DNA of 55,638 bases, the filler included, from Catajapyx aquilonaris (Eukaryota): the NCBI GenBank assembly GCA_000934665.2. It is 3 parts of 3 records of this genome, joined end to end, with 100 filler letters (N's around TTAATTAATTAA, not from the genome) between each part and the next. Parts side by side here need not be neighbours in the genome. Positions count along the whole stretch, not along the records: positions 37,171 to 55,638 come from JYFJ02006687.1; 2 more parts are not named here. The stretch is one strand, 5' to 3'. A program made the position numbers and the translations under genes. The notes below the pieces were generated by a model. The model was given only the letters and a program-made list of their open reading frames with translations. It was not told where the DNA came from and ran no database searches. Position 1 is the stretch's first letter. Each line of letters starts with the position of its first letter. This document shows, piece by piece, positions 42,715 to 55,638 of the stretch.

Positions 42715-42947
42715 TAGCAGGAGCAGTAGAAGCCAGAACCAGCAAGAAGAGGAAGGAGGAAAGTGTGGGTCTTGGCAGTGCTGGTGGGAAGGCAGCGGGT
42801 CTCCTCGGGCCAAGAGGCGGAAGATCCTCCACCCCTTTCTTTTGGCATCAGGTCAACAGCATTGTCTCCGCTGATGACCATGTGGTGGGACAGGTGGACA
42901 CTTTGGATCCCGAGCCAGACCTCCGTAAACCCAGCCATCCTCAGTAG
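40000..42947 (+). CDS. Divergent CTD small phosphatase-like (FCP1/SCP HAD family, CTDSPL2-like), ~447 aa; exons 40000-40284, 40468-40697, 41182-41308, 41449-41544, 42342-42947
   Basis: YTLLLDL|DETLV (DxDxT), RPGVHRFL, IFTSASQSYA, VKDLEKLGRHLDRTVIIDN, NGIPIRSW, ELVRLIPFL, DVRSEIR. Introns 1 and 2 use GCAAGT donors. AATAAA near 43056. Confidence 0.85.
42576..42728 (+). repeat. (GCAGGA)n coding minisatellite encoding a Gly-Ala tract
   Basis: Tandem gcagga with gtagca/gggga variants, in the last exon of the phosphatase gene. Confidence 0.85.
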
Positions 42948-44367
42948 CACCAGGGGAACACCCAAGAACGAGTCTGAAGCTGTGGTCGTTGGGGAGAGGA
43001 GTTTCTGATTCTAAATTAGCAGGCACCTTGTTAATCGCCTTGATTTAAAAAAATCAATAAATGATTTACCTTTGACATACATGTTATGTATACATGTTCC
43101 ACATGGTTATTTACTCTGCCAGCAGCAATCACTCATCGGGTGCCGTCCGGCCATGGAGCCGTCTCTTTTACAATAAGCTCACACGATATCCTCATAAGAG
43201 TGGCGTGGTGCAAGAGTACAGAACAATACTTCATCATTTGCTATACCACCCACTGCCTCGTCTGAATGCCACCAACCCCGGGATAGCCCACCTCAATAAC
43301 TGAGGGCGATTATAATATTGGCAAGACGCGCAGTTGATATATGCCATGTTGCCCCACAGTATTTGACACAAGGTACTAACTTACTACGTCTGGACATAAT
43401 GCCGTGTTTACATGTGAGCGATTTGATTAGCGATGTGCAGCGATGTACGTACATTGGTCGTTGTTGTGGTGAAATGATCATAGTTCGCTATGAGAGGCCC
43501 TGAAATATTTGGAATTGTTGGCAGAACGATCAACGTCCACCACATTTGCGGGGAGGAAATGATCAATGTCCACCCTTGCACTTGACGGTGAACTGTTTTT
43601 GCAAATTGGGGGCAAAATAAAAACGACTGAGCAATCATCAGAGGCCTCATATTTCATGCTACAGCAGTGCATATAGGTTTCTAACAATGCAGGTGACATT
43701 TCCCAGTAGAGGTCACAGTTAGAGTGTGACAAAGATTTTGGCTTGATAAACCACCTAACGTTCTGAAACGATGCTGGTTCCTTCTGATTGGGCCAAGATT
43801 TTTGCAGGTGCACGTCGAAAGCCGAATCCTTTTTGCTCCGTGTCGTTCCTGCAAAATCCAGCCAGCTACGATGTTTCTCTGCCCCCTGCGAAAAGAATGA
43901 AAAATATCTCAGACATTTCCTCTTAACCTTTGGATGGTGTCGGATGTACATTGTAATACAGTGCACTGTCAATCTAGATGGGCTCTCACATACCAAAAGT
44001 TCAATTGCAGCGATAACACTGTCTTTGTCAGCGTCATCCCAAATCTGCATAACAAAGAAGATTCAAAAGATGGAAAGGAACTTCCTAACATCTGTCGCCT
44101 AGTGGGGCAATTATTGGCATAAATTTATCAATAAATTTGATGTACCGTATACCAAAGCTGGTCAAACCATGAAAATAAATTATAGTATTCACATTGATAC
44201 ATTGATACACATGCTAGTAATGTAGGCAGTACAGTACGTACTCTCAGTGTACTTAGGAACTGTTCATTTGTAAAGTTAAAAATGTTAAGTAATTAATGAC
44301 AGGGATGTGCCAATGATGCATTATGGGCTATAATAAAAATAATAATAAAATAATAAAAATAAAAATA

Positions 44368-44405
<38 letters not shown>

Positions 44406-44560
44406 AATGATAATAATGATAATAATAATCATCATCATCATAATCATAATACGGCCTGACTTGATTCACTCATGCCTCAATGGTGATGAGATGTGAAAGG
44501 AAACAAAACCCTGAGAAAACCCAGGCCATCACAGAGAGAACTCAAAGAAAACTTGAGAAA
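44368..44560 (-). mobile_element. Degenerate V-SINE-like remnant with trinucleotide tail
   Basis: Reverse complement gagttctctctgtgatggcctgggttttctcagggttttgtttcc resembles the core of the SINE at 16308. Adjacent (GAT)n/(AAT)n tract. Confidence 0.55.
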
Positions 44561-45632
44561 ATCCTATGTTTGATGTCAGAGGTCAAAGGCTTAATCTGCG
44601 ACATGTTCATTCCAGTGAGGCACAAACTACCTGTACATACTCATAAGTTTGTGATTTTTTGGTACAGTATTATCTGCATGAAGTTTGCTTTTTCTTTGTC
44701 TGGAATACTTTTAGTGGTAAAAGGATGCCGAGTTCCGGCTACTGATGCATGAAAGACTATCACTTGATTCCATGAGTGTCCTTTGACATTTATATTCCAA
44801 ACTAGGTTCATGTTTCCTTAGCGCAACATGCTTTGTCATACTAGGATAGCAGGAACTGAACTTCTGGCTAGTGGCATTCCAAGCATTCTCACTGGACTTT
44901 TAAGCAGTGGGGAGTGGAGAATGCACAATAAATTATTGCACATCCTCATTTGCATGGTAAAAAAACCCATGCAAAATTATCTGCGAGGAAATTCAGCCCA
45001 GGCGACTTCAGGTGTACTCGTCTGTACTAGCACCATGGATATTAGCATGCAAATGTCGATTGCATTTCACCACGTGACATTTGCCTCAAAATTCCTATGC
45101 GTGGGTCCAATTACAGCGTGTGTATTACTGAATTACCCTCAGAGTAAGTTATAGCAATTACTGTACTAGTTAGCGGTGGGCTGAGCGATCTCCTTTTTTA
45201 AATCAGTGCCCACAGAGTTCTGGAGGTTTCTCACTCGTATTGGTCATGCTCTGCCTTTTTCTCTTTATAAAGTACGCACATTCCAGCCGGCTGATCCTTC
45301 CACAACTTGAGAAGGCCTTCAAGTGACAGCAGGAAATATTATCTTAGACAGCTTCCTTCTGTGGAGGTAAGATGAGCCGCCTCATCTACTCAATGCGTTC
45401 AAACCTCGTGTGTGTGCAAGCGTATAAAAAGGCAGAACAATGAGGTGACCTACTTCACCGTCGCGTCGCCTCGAAAAAATGTGTTACGTTGGTAGAGTGA
45501 GATCACATTTATCATTTGTTATTTTTTCATCTAAAGTAGTGCATAGGTTATTACACTTTATCCTGACAATCATTTTTTTTTGTATGCCCAGCATGCACAC
45601 CGCACGCTTTATTATAAAAATAAATATGTATA

Positions 45633-46078
45633 CAGGGTTCGGATTTAATCTACCGTCGCGTCGCTTTGGGAAATGATATGTGGTTCTAAGCGATCACTTT
45701 GAGTATATTATGCAACATGGGTCTCCGACGCATAGTTACCGAGATAATTAGAATTAAATAAAAACTTCATTATCTCAGCTTATAGTTTTCGGATACTGCT
45801 TACGACACTTCCATCGCCTAGGACGTACATTCCTACACCTATTAACAGGATAGTTAATTAAAATCAAATAACATGGTACACCTTAGAGTTAAATGAAAAA
45901 TGTAAGGTCGCGTGGAGAGACGCAAACGTACCAGGATATATGGTACCTTGTGCTTGAAGCACATTATCTCGGTAACTATACGTCGGAGACCCATGCTGCA
46001 TATAGCCTACTCAAAGTGATCGCCTAGAACCCATATATCATTTCCCAAAGCGACGGTAGGTTAAATTTCCGAACCCTG
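45633..46078. mobile_element. MITE with ~115-bp TIRs (CAGGGTTCGGA ends)
   Basis: cagggttcgga..gtcgctttgggaaatgatat..tagttaccgagataat is inverted at ~45963-46078. Confidence 0.8.
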
Positions 46079-47199
46079 GTATATTAACGATCACAGGTAT
46101 GTCATGCCGCCTACGGCATAACAAGAGACTTAATTACGATATTAATTGGCATTTATCACGCACTTAAGAACCCTAAATTATCACAGTTTATTGAAAACAT
46201 GCGTCTAAGTAAGCAGCTAGAGAGTGGGCTAGGCAGCAGGAGCAACAGACTCCCTGGCGCCAGAAAGCCATAAAAAAGATCCATTAGAGTCCGAGCGCGG
46301 TGTGAGGTGTAAGGAATGTACCGCATCAATATAACAAGTCCATCTGAGCATGCAGGAAGCAGGGCAATATTAGTGGGAAAAACCCCCGAAAACGACACTC
46401 ACGTGGTACAAGCCCCACCCCAAACCGGCCACTATAAAAGCAGGTCCGGGTCATAGTAGAATCAGTCAGTAAGCAGAAAGTAGTAGCAGTATCAACAGAA
46501 GACAGACAGAAGCAGCAGCAGGTAAGCCAGCCATGTGGCAAAATTTCCAGTTGCATTTATTTTTCTTTTCCGGCAACCATAGGTTGAAGTGTATGGTGCC
46601 TGATTATGGTATACGGATGTAAGAGTACATGTAGTCATTCCTTTATGTGTTGTAGAAGATAAGCAGAACTGTAGACGTTGTTGTTGATGTCATAATAGGT
46701 GGAAATGAAGTATTATTGGACTTGTAAAACCTCTGAACTATGTATGTATGTATGTGTGTAGGAGAGAGCTGTACGTGATAGTATAACAAAGAGCCTTTAC
46801 GTGGCTGCATTAAATAGGTTATTTGAAATCATTCCCCGACATTACTTATTTCCGCTGATATCCGACGCAAATACCTCTACCTAACTTAAGTTCGAGCCCG
46901 TACCTGCGTTGGTTCGACAGGTAAAGAAAATGCATGGGACATACATGGTGATGTAACCTCGCTACAACATGGAGAAAAATGCAGCGTTAGTCAGTCCCTT
47001 TCCATCACTTTTTTGGTTAATAACCTTGAGTCCGTAGGAACTAAAATAAATCGCAGCTAAGAAAATATATCACATACAGATCGAGGTACTGTACCCACGA
47101 TCGGCCTCCAATCGACAGTGAGCCCACCTAACCTGACTATAGAGACCACACCATCCGGCAGAGTAGCAGCATGAGTATCAGGAATCGCATCTCACCAGC

Positions 47200-49492
47200 T
47201 CAGTTCCCATTCCAAGCTGCTACAGAACTGGAAGGTCCTCCCGTCGACTCCCCTTGACCACTTCCTCCATCGCCTCCCGACCAACCTTGTGAACCCTGGT
47301 GGTTCGTCCCTTGCGAATTACTTCCTATCCCGCCCCCGTGCGGACCCCCACTGTCTGGATCTTGGTATGGATGGGGCATCCAAATGCTCATGGGACCCTC
47401 CCTCGGAAGCCCGTACTGCATCATCCCTCCTCTAGGCCCATCCACGTAGTCCCCAGGAGGAGGACCCACGTCCCACACGCTTTCCATCCCCATAGGAGCT
47501 CCCATGTGCGGAGGGGACATCATTCCGGAGGGATCCATCCCATCAGGTCCGTATCCGAGGGTACCCATCACAGGAGGGTCCATGTACGGGGGAGCCACAT
47601 ATTCTCCACTTCCGGCTCCACTCATGCCTTCTCCGTTGCTTCCTGCCCAGTCTACTCCAGGTGGAGGGACCGACCACGGACTTCCCCTGTAGCCTCCCTT
47701 GGACTCATAGGTCATGTACGGATACACTATTCCACCTTCAGCCTGCAAAACACCAAACCAGAAGAAAGAACAGTTAGTAACTGCCAAAGCAAATTTTCAC
47801 ACCTCCTTCTCCATTCTGATTTCCTAGCGGTTTAAATTCCAGTGATAATTTTATGATACACATATTTAAGCGAATAGGTACTTATCCAGCCGTGATTCCA
47901 GTGGAGCAGCTTCTTTCATGTACTGTACTCCTAAGCACAAATGCCTGAAATGTGGCCATGCACCAGCAGGAAAACGCCCGAAATAGTAACACTATATGCA
48001 ACAAAAATCAACTCTTTTTTTTTGTACACACCTATGCCATAACACAGCACACCCAGTTTCATCCGTATTGCGCAATACCGTGGGGATGGAAAAAATTGAG
48101 AAATATATTTTGAAAATGCTCGAAAATGAGACCTTTTTTTGGATAAGCTTTTCCCCGGTTATTGGAAGTGGTCAAAGCCCTATCAACACATACATCAAAT
48201 GATTCAAGATAAACACGAGGAGAATGCGCCTGTGGAATTAGGCTTCCTCTAAAATGTTACTGTATCTTCGTCACCAAGTAGGCATATAGTAACCAAAACA
48301 AAGAGACAGTAACGTTCCTGCACCCAGTGCACGTTACATTCAAGTCAATCAACCCAACAACAATGCAGAAACGTACTCTCCATCTCCATTCTCCTGCTGG
48401 GGCTCCTCCTCCCATCTGTGGCGGAGGAACCTCCGTGGATCCACCTGGTGGTGGGTACCCCATGGCCCCGCCTTGGTACAGCAGCCCCATCCCACCCATT
48501 TGTGGCATCTGACACATGTCCTGGTACTGCTGCGCGGGGTACTGGTAATACTGCTGCGATCCCACCTCTCCGACCAGCTGGGGCATGGTCGTCCTTGCCA
48601 TTCCGGGGGCTGCACCGTTTCCACTAGCAAGTGGGACGGAGCTTGCGGCACTTCCGACAGTCCCTTGCGATGGCGACACTGGCGGGGTCTGCGAAAATTT
48701 GGCATCGGGCCACGGGGCGTTACTGAAATCGTAGACGTTCTCGGGGTTGCCGGTGGTGTCCTCCAGAGGTATGCTCTTGGCCTGTTTGTTTGACGGGGGA
48801 GCACCGGGGGCCTGCTGCAGCAGCAGCGATTCAAGCGGGGGCTCTCCAGGCGAAGAAGGAATCATATCATGGGCGAAGTATGTCGCCTGGAGGATTCCCT
48901 TCTCTCTCGTCGACTGGGCCTCTTTCTCCTTGCTGAGGCTGGCTGGAGCCACCAAAGGGTCTGGAAGGTCCAGCTCCATGGGGACGCGCCAGGATATCTT
49001 CTCCTCCATGTTATCATCGACAACTGAAAACAAATCAAAGAATCCCAATTCATTAGCAGTTAGCGCAGCCAACGATTCATGCCAACATGGTAGTGCAGAT
49101 CTAATAATTTTCTAGCCATAACAATATTAAAACACTGACCGATCTTTTTGGCCATCAGAAGGGACTGCCTCTCGAGCTTGTGCTCGTTCTGCTTCATGTC
49201 AAGGAAGCGCTTGCTGATGTTGGCCCTCTCGGTCTCGTCCAGCTCGAAATAGCGCACCTCCATCAGCTTGGCCTTGGCCTTCCAGTGGACGGTCTTCTTG
49301 GCCCTGTTGGCCGTCGCCGAGCGGAAGAGAACCAGGCTGCTCTTCAGGGGCTTCTTCAGGCCGCCTTTCGAAGTCGGAAATGAGGACTTGGACTTGGTCT
49401 TCTCCACCTTTGTTTCAGACATCTTTGCCTCATCTTCGTCGTCATCTTCCGCTACATCCTCCTCCTTGTTACTGTCCTCCTCCTCCTCCTCC

Positions 49493-49524
<32 letters not shown>

Positions 49525-51646
49525 GTCCTCTTNATCTTCGTCCTCCTCTTCTTTTACATCCGTTTTTTCCTCAGTGCCAAAATCCTCCAAGCTTTCTTCA
49601 GGTGTAGGAGTCCTTCTGCCCTCGTCCTCCACCATGACATCAGATATAAGAATATCTTGGTTAGACTGCAACAAACAACATATGGTTACATTTTCCTTAC
49701 CGTCAATGACTCATAATCGGTCCAATGCAATAATTTCCGAGCTCACCTTGAGGGTGGGCTTGGTGGACGTGGGTGAAGAGAGAGGGCTGCTTTTGCCTCC
49801 CTTCGCATCCTCCTTTTCCGCTTCGGCCCCTCCTTCCTTCTTTGGCTCGGGAACATCCTTGCTGGTGCTTGCCCTCTTCCTCTTCCTCGGCGCGTATGAT
49901 CCTGCGAGCAGGGCGTCCATGAAGATGGTGCTCTCCTGGATCTGGTGGCCCTCTGCGGAAGACAATAAAACGATAGTATAATTACCGATATAATTAGCGC
50001 TTAATTGTGTATGGAAACATGACACCTATATAATTATTCTGCTTGTCTATTATTACATAATTATGCCTGTTGTATGAATAGCCATTTGGAAAAATATAGG
50101 AAATATCTGTAATTCTATTTATCCAGCATCATTGGTGCTATTTCATTGCTGTTTGTAAGTTCATGGCACATTAGGAGTATAAAAACCCACAAGTAATCTA
50201 AACATATTTTATTGTTCCACTTTCTTTGGCATATAACAGTGCATTATTTTGTCAACTTTACTGTCATGTTTGCATACACATTTTTTTGGGCACGTGTTTG
50301 TACTTTGAACCAGACGCGGATTTCGCTGTAACTGTTTGCAGGTCCAAAAAGGATCTCCATTTTGCAATCTACCAAGTAAAACCCAAGTAACTGCAGCGAT
50401 AAAACTATAAATATCTTTGAACTTTAAATCTTGCTTTAGCCTGAACTCTGTTCCGACCTGATAAACTTGCTGGAAGCCTCCAACTCCGTATATTTTTATA
50501 ATGCTCCTTAATTTCATATTTCCAGTTTCTGTTTGCGATCTACAACTTATAGCTAGAAGAGCAGTTAATGTAGCTCCACGTGCAACAGACCCACTTACGT
50601 TTCGATTGGGAAGATCGGCCGGTGACTGATGATCCGCCTAGTTTCAGGTTGTGGGAAGGTTCGCTGTCTAACGCCAGTAACGCGGGCTTGTTGGCAATGG
50701 TAGATGGTAGCGAAGGAGGCTTTATCACCTCCTCAAGGCCCACGGAGCGGAACTCTGAATAATGGTACATCTTAATGGTCTTTGGACGCGGCTTGTCAAG
50801 CAAGGACGAGGACGAACAAGAGGATGAATGGGAGAATATGCAGGATCCTGAGGAAACTGATGGATCGGAGGATGTTGACGGGTTAGTCTCTGGAGGTCGT
50901 GTCTTCTTCGGGATCTTCCCCAACTTGGAGATGCGGGGAAGGGCTGCGATCCTTCCGGGCCTTTCCTCATCGTAAAACAACTTCAGCTTCTGAAGCGTGT
51001 CCTTGTCCTTCTTCTCCTGGTCTTTCCTCTCTCGCTCCTTCTCCTTCTCCTTCTCCTTCTTCACCCTCTTGGTCTCCTCTTTGACCTCCCCCTCTGCTCT
51101 CTTGCTGGTAGCACCCTTCCCCTTCTTCCCCTGCTCCTTCACGTCTCCAATGGCCCTTTCTGGCCTGGGCTCCCTCATGATGGCCTGCCTCCTTGGGTGC
51201 GTCTTCTCAAGTGGAAGCAGCTTCCTCTTTGAGACAGTCTTGTCCGGCTTCGACAGAAGGAGTTTGCCGCCTCGAATTTCTATCTTGAATGCGGGGACGG
51301 TCGATGAGCCTGATTCATCATCATCCTCCTCCTCCTCTTCCTCGCTCCCTTCTTTAACATCGTCTTTCTTGTGTAGCAGTTCCGCCACAGACTCATCACT
51401 TAACTTCTTGTAGCGCCTTCGTCGCTTCTCACCCAGAGGCTTTTGTCCACCCGCAGCCTTGTTTGCAGCAGGCTCTGACGCTGACGCTCCATCCGCCTCC
51501 ATTGCCAAGAAGGATTCTCCACTGTCAGGATGGGATGTTGTTGGGGAAGGACTGGACTCCACCTTCTCTTCCTGCTTCTCCGCAGCGTCCACCTCTTTCG
51601 AAGCTATAGTTCGGCCTGTGGGGTGCTTCTTCCTCCCTCCTCCTCC
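47200..51646 (-). CDS. PPP1R10: PP1 regulatory subunit 10 (PNUTS)-like, 5'-partial; exons 51646-50599, 49952-49747, 49665-49140, 49023-48377, 47742-47200
   Basis: PNUTS motifs LGKIPKK, PKTIK..FRSVGLE, FMDAL, RVxF-type KTVHW (49282-49296) followed by EVRYFELDETERAN, then SKEKEAQ..RE..ILQATYF..IPSSPGEP, and a Gly/Pro/Met-rich tail. Phase-consistent GT-AG junctions. N-terminal TFIIS-like domain not found in the window. Confidence 0.85.
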
Positions 51647-53191
51647 CTGACAGCCTGCATCTACTTGCTCAATACCAAAAAGCAGCTGCGCACTTCATTT
51701 CTAAGATTATCAAGAAACATGGTTTTTGGTACTTGTTTGCTCAAAGCAAATTAATACATGCAACTTGAATAAGAACAGTACCATATACCTAATAGTACTA
51801 TGCTAAAATTCATTATCAGTAGTGAGCAGGAGTAAAATATGTTCTCTCTGATGCCTCATGAGAACGCATCAGTTTAAAATCGCAAAAATTCAAGCAACAT
51901 ATTTTTACAGCCTTCATGTATACTATGGCCCAAACAAGGATTGTCGCGGGTTATCCTGGCTTGGATGCAACTCATTGCACAGGTGTGCATTGTGTGTGTC
52001 CACAAAGACAGCTCAGGAGGCTCCGATGTCGAGCAAAGCAGATAAGGGACGGGGTAATATTAGCAACACACATCTGTGCAATGGGTTGCATCCAAGTCAG
52101 GATGCGACAATCCTGGTTTGGGTGATAGACTCGTACAGTACAACTACATTATTTGCAATAATTCTGCAGAAATGTGTCCTGATGCTTGAAAGCCAATTGA
52201 CTAAAGCAGATTATCCAAAATTGCTATAAAACCACAAATAATGTGGATTTACAAGTCATCTAATACCAGACGTTCAAAGCCATAGATAAAATTCCAGAGA
52301 TATCCTGCTTCACCTTGACTTTGTAATCAATATTATACAAGTAGTATTCTGTATTCTTAGGCAAAAGGCAGATCCCACCCACCGCCTTATCTTATGCACA
52401 ACTAAGAAAAATACTGCTTGTTGTTGAACTCCTCTTGCAAGAAAGCCTTTTAATTATTTTTAGTTGAGGTTGCAGGGGTGAAATATTCCAATGAAAAAGT
52501 GCAATTTGCACTCCAAAATTGTTATCTGCACCCCAAACCGAGCCTCGGATAATCAGGATGTTAATGTTACCAAAAATTTTATGTTCAAACATTGCTTGAA
52601 GGTCAGGTGTGAGGGCTATGTAAGCAATATGCACTTACTCTGGTCTTGTGGCTGTGCATTTGCATAACTCGGCCATGCACAATACCCAAGGGGTTGGCCC
52701 GTGCATTAATCAGGTGTACAATATTATTTGGCTTATAATCATGCACAATCAGTAGCAGGCTCCAATGAGTCATGGAAAATTACTGCCTGCAATCATGAAT
52801 AATTTATTGTCAGCAGTTGTAAAATTCCGAGGAGAATGGCCATTATTTTCACAAAAATATTATTTGAACACAGCTTCAACTTAAGAGCCAGACTTTCAGG
52901 AAATTCACGATGCTCATCGATGCATCCGGCCGAGGTTCCCACTCATTCTTTACTGTGCCCCTTGTTGACTCCCTCTGACCAAATACTAGTGAATACTAGT
53001 GAATAAATCCTGTCATAGTCGATCCTGAATTTACCGGAAATGCGTATATGGGGAAAAATTTTGCTCCCCTGGCACAAGCACAGGATCACCCTCGAATTTT
53101 GGTCGGCTATTACGGAGCATGTCTGACACGGAAACGGGCTGCCAGGTAAGTCGGAATTAATACTGCCATGCTGACTCCTGGTTTAAATCTA

Positions 53192-53336
53192 CAGGGTGAT
53201 CCAAAAGTATATGGACACATAGGTAATAAATATTATTGTATTGTATTGTTGGTTGACAACTGGCAAGCTGGCAACCAACAACAAAATATTGCAATATTAT
53301 TTGTGGCGTATGTGTCAAGACCTTTGGATCACCCTG
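53192..53336. mobile_element. Small Tc1/mariner MITE, TA TSD
   Basis: TA-cagggtgatccaaa ... tttggatcaccctg-TA. Confidence 0.8.
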
Positions 53337-53747
53337 TAGATTAAAAGTGATGGTCGTGTTTTCCCACTTTTTCTTGATTAGTTGATTGTGTCCCTTTTTA
53401 AGAGTGGCTAAAAATAGCACCCCTTTCATTATATTTACTGCCATTTTATGCCAGTGAAAGGTGACACCCATTTTTTGAGCCGAATAAACTTTATGTTATC
53501 AAACCTGGGTATTTAAAAATTCAATGAATTATATGGAAAACTTTGAGTTTGACTTTTCCATATACATAGTATTAAGAACGCAGGGCACTAAAATAAATTA
53601 TCGGATAATATTACAAAAGCAACCCTGGAATATATACACTTGTTTAAATTTATTGTGTAATAAAGTATGTAGATATTTGAAGGTTTCAAAAACAAGGGTG
53701 CAACCCAAACAGTTCGAATTTTCGGAGAGGAAAATGAGGGAGGTACA

Positions 53748-53748
<1 letters not shown>

Positions 53749-53786
<38 letters not shown>
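53749..53786. repeat. (TA)n microsatellite
   Basis: About 19 TA units. Confidence 0.9.
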
Positions 53787-53792
<6 letters not shown>

Positions 53793-54475
53793 GTGCTTTA
53801 CAAGCAACCCACTCAATAACGACGGGGTGAGCCGTGAGCATGAGTAGTACTTTGGATGCGACATATCATCATCCTTTGACTCTCCATTCAATCTGTGGTA
53901 TTTTGTGTCTACTGAGGAGGGCATGTGGTCGAAAAGTACGATATGATCTGCCGCGCTCTCGCCAACATAATAATTATGAATCATGACACCGACATAGAGG
54001 CCTGTATGTTTATACTTATACCGATGTTTTGAGTACCGTACTACAAAATGTACCAAATATGAAAAACGGCGAATGTGACCAAAGAAAGGTGCGTATGGCT
54101 GAAGTGAAACCTAGAACTATATAAAACTAGCAGGTATGTTATGGTGGTAGTGGTCGGGATATCCACATCCAATTATATTATTTTTAGGAAGTTTGTTTAT
54201 AAAATTTGAATTCCATATAGCCTACACTCGATATGCCTTAAAACTGGCCTTATGGGGCATAGTGTAATAGGCTAACTGAAAACAATAAGCCAAAGTTTGC
54301 CATTACCTATGAAGGGCAGAATAAGGGTGTCGCCCTGCATATAGGGCGATGATTCCCGTTCTTGTACCAAACGATCTGGCAATTTTTATTGACTTACCCC
54401 ATTCTTGCACCATACCCTTCAATCAGGCACAGTTTTTGAGATATACTGCATTTACTAATATAGGCCTACTATATA

Positions 54476-55638
54476 TTATTTATTTATTTATTTTTATTTT
54501 ACAGCCCCGTGATTCGAGCCATCGGCTCGTGTGGGGGGACATCCACTCACAACCCATTTACACTTCAATAATCACAGAAATTTAGTATTTTGACTGCGGC
54601 GAGGAAAAAAGAATATAGTAGGTACGCATCCATCTTCTGGGGTTCAACAAATAAATAAAACAACCGATCAGGAGGGAATTTTGGCAGATTAGACAGGTAT
54701 TTTTTTCTTGGTGAGTTAAATAGTTGACATTCATAGATTAGGTGAAAGATAGAGCGATTTGTGGACCAGTTACACCAATCACATTTTTCCGTATCATTTA
54801 GTTTGATCGCCAGCTGGTTTTGGAGACGAAGGACTTGCGAATTGTTCCTCAAGTTTGCAAGCAGGCGAATGTGGGAAAGAGGGAGATCCATATAGCAAAG
54901 TAATTTTCAATTTGGAAGGTGAGTTTTATTTCTTTGTAGTGAAGATATCTTTTGGTATCTCGTAATCTGTTTATCTGATCCTGCTTTAGGTCATTTTCAA
55001 TCTTCCGTAGTAAACTGGGAAGATCTTCAATATCTACGAGCCAATCGTTCGTATACGGCAAAAACAGTTTCATGCAACTTCGCCCCCATTCAAAGGTTCA
55101 GAGATGCTATTATTGTTCTTGTGACGCTCGAGGGTGTAATATAGGGCTGAGGTTAAAAGTGAATTTTTCGAATGTTTTTTAGTTTTGAGGATAAATTTAG
55201 CAATCGTTTTCAGTACATTTAATGTTAGGGGTATGGTGCCTGTTTCGAGGTACACAAAATATCCGGCAGTGGATTTTGGCAACATTAATAATTTTTTGAG
55301 AAAGTAAGTTTGTACTTGTAAGATCTCAGACAGATAGTTTGGACTCCATACTGGACACGCATAAAGCAGAACAGGAGCGATAAACGCATGGAAAAGTTTA
55401 AGTGCCACTGACAGGTCCCGGACTTTTAGTTTTAGTAGGGTAGGCCATAGGTTATTTATGGCTGCAAAGGCCTTTCCTTTAAAGTAGGCAGCAGCATCAA
55501 TAAATTTACCTGAGCTTTTAAAAGGCACTCCCAAATATGTATATGACGATGTGGACTCTAATAGTATGGATTTCCAAAAGAACTTTTTGTTGGGGCATTT
55601 TCCCCCTTTCCGAAAACAAACCATCTTAGTTTTCCCCA
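54476..55638 (-). mobile_element. RTE-X-like LINE ORF2 3' region, frameshifted, running off the window end
   Basis: YTYLG..LKLFHAFIAPVLLYACPVW..VQTYFLKKLL..YLETG, then RLLANLRN..CDWCNW..HLIYEC across three frames. (A)n/(TAAA)n tail at 54476-54501. Confidence 0.88.

Overview
Eukaryotic (arthropod-like) draft genomic DNA. It is not one continuous locus: three ~18.5-kb contigs (1-18486, 18587-37070, 37171-55638) are joined by identical artificial 100-bp spacers (N44-TTAATTAATTAA-N44). Contig 1 has the 3' part of MIC19/CHCHD3 (+), convergent with a complete RSBN1-like gene (-), then a V-domain SINE and an RTE-type LINE split by a 1.1-kb foldback element. Contig 2 has a truncated Merlin (IS1595-like) transposase and the 5' half of NSUN2 (-), head-to-head with a complete DH-PH RhoGEF (ARHGEF39-like, +) that carries a splice-created KEN box and ends in a CaaX motif. 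Contig 3 has a divergent CTDSPL2/SCP-type phosphatase gene (+) with two GC-AG introns, convergent with a PNUTS/PPP1R10-like gene (-, 5'-partial, no visible C-terminal zinc finger), and ends in an RTE-X-like LINE. Introns are dense in MITEs, SINEs and truncated LINEs. Exon models were built by hand from splice signals and family motifs; no searches were run. I found no unambiguous new multi-gene system. The best leads are the CaaX/KEN RhoGEF, the CTD-phosphatase paralog pair and a 3' stem-loop shared by LINEs and SINEs.
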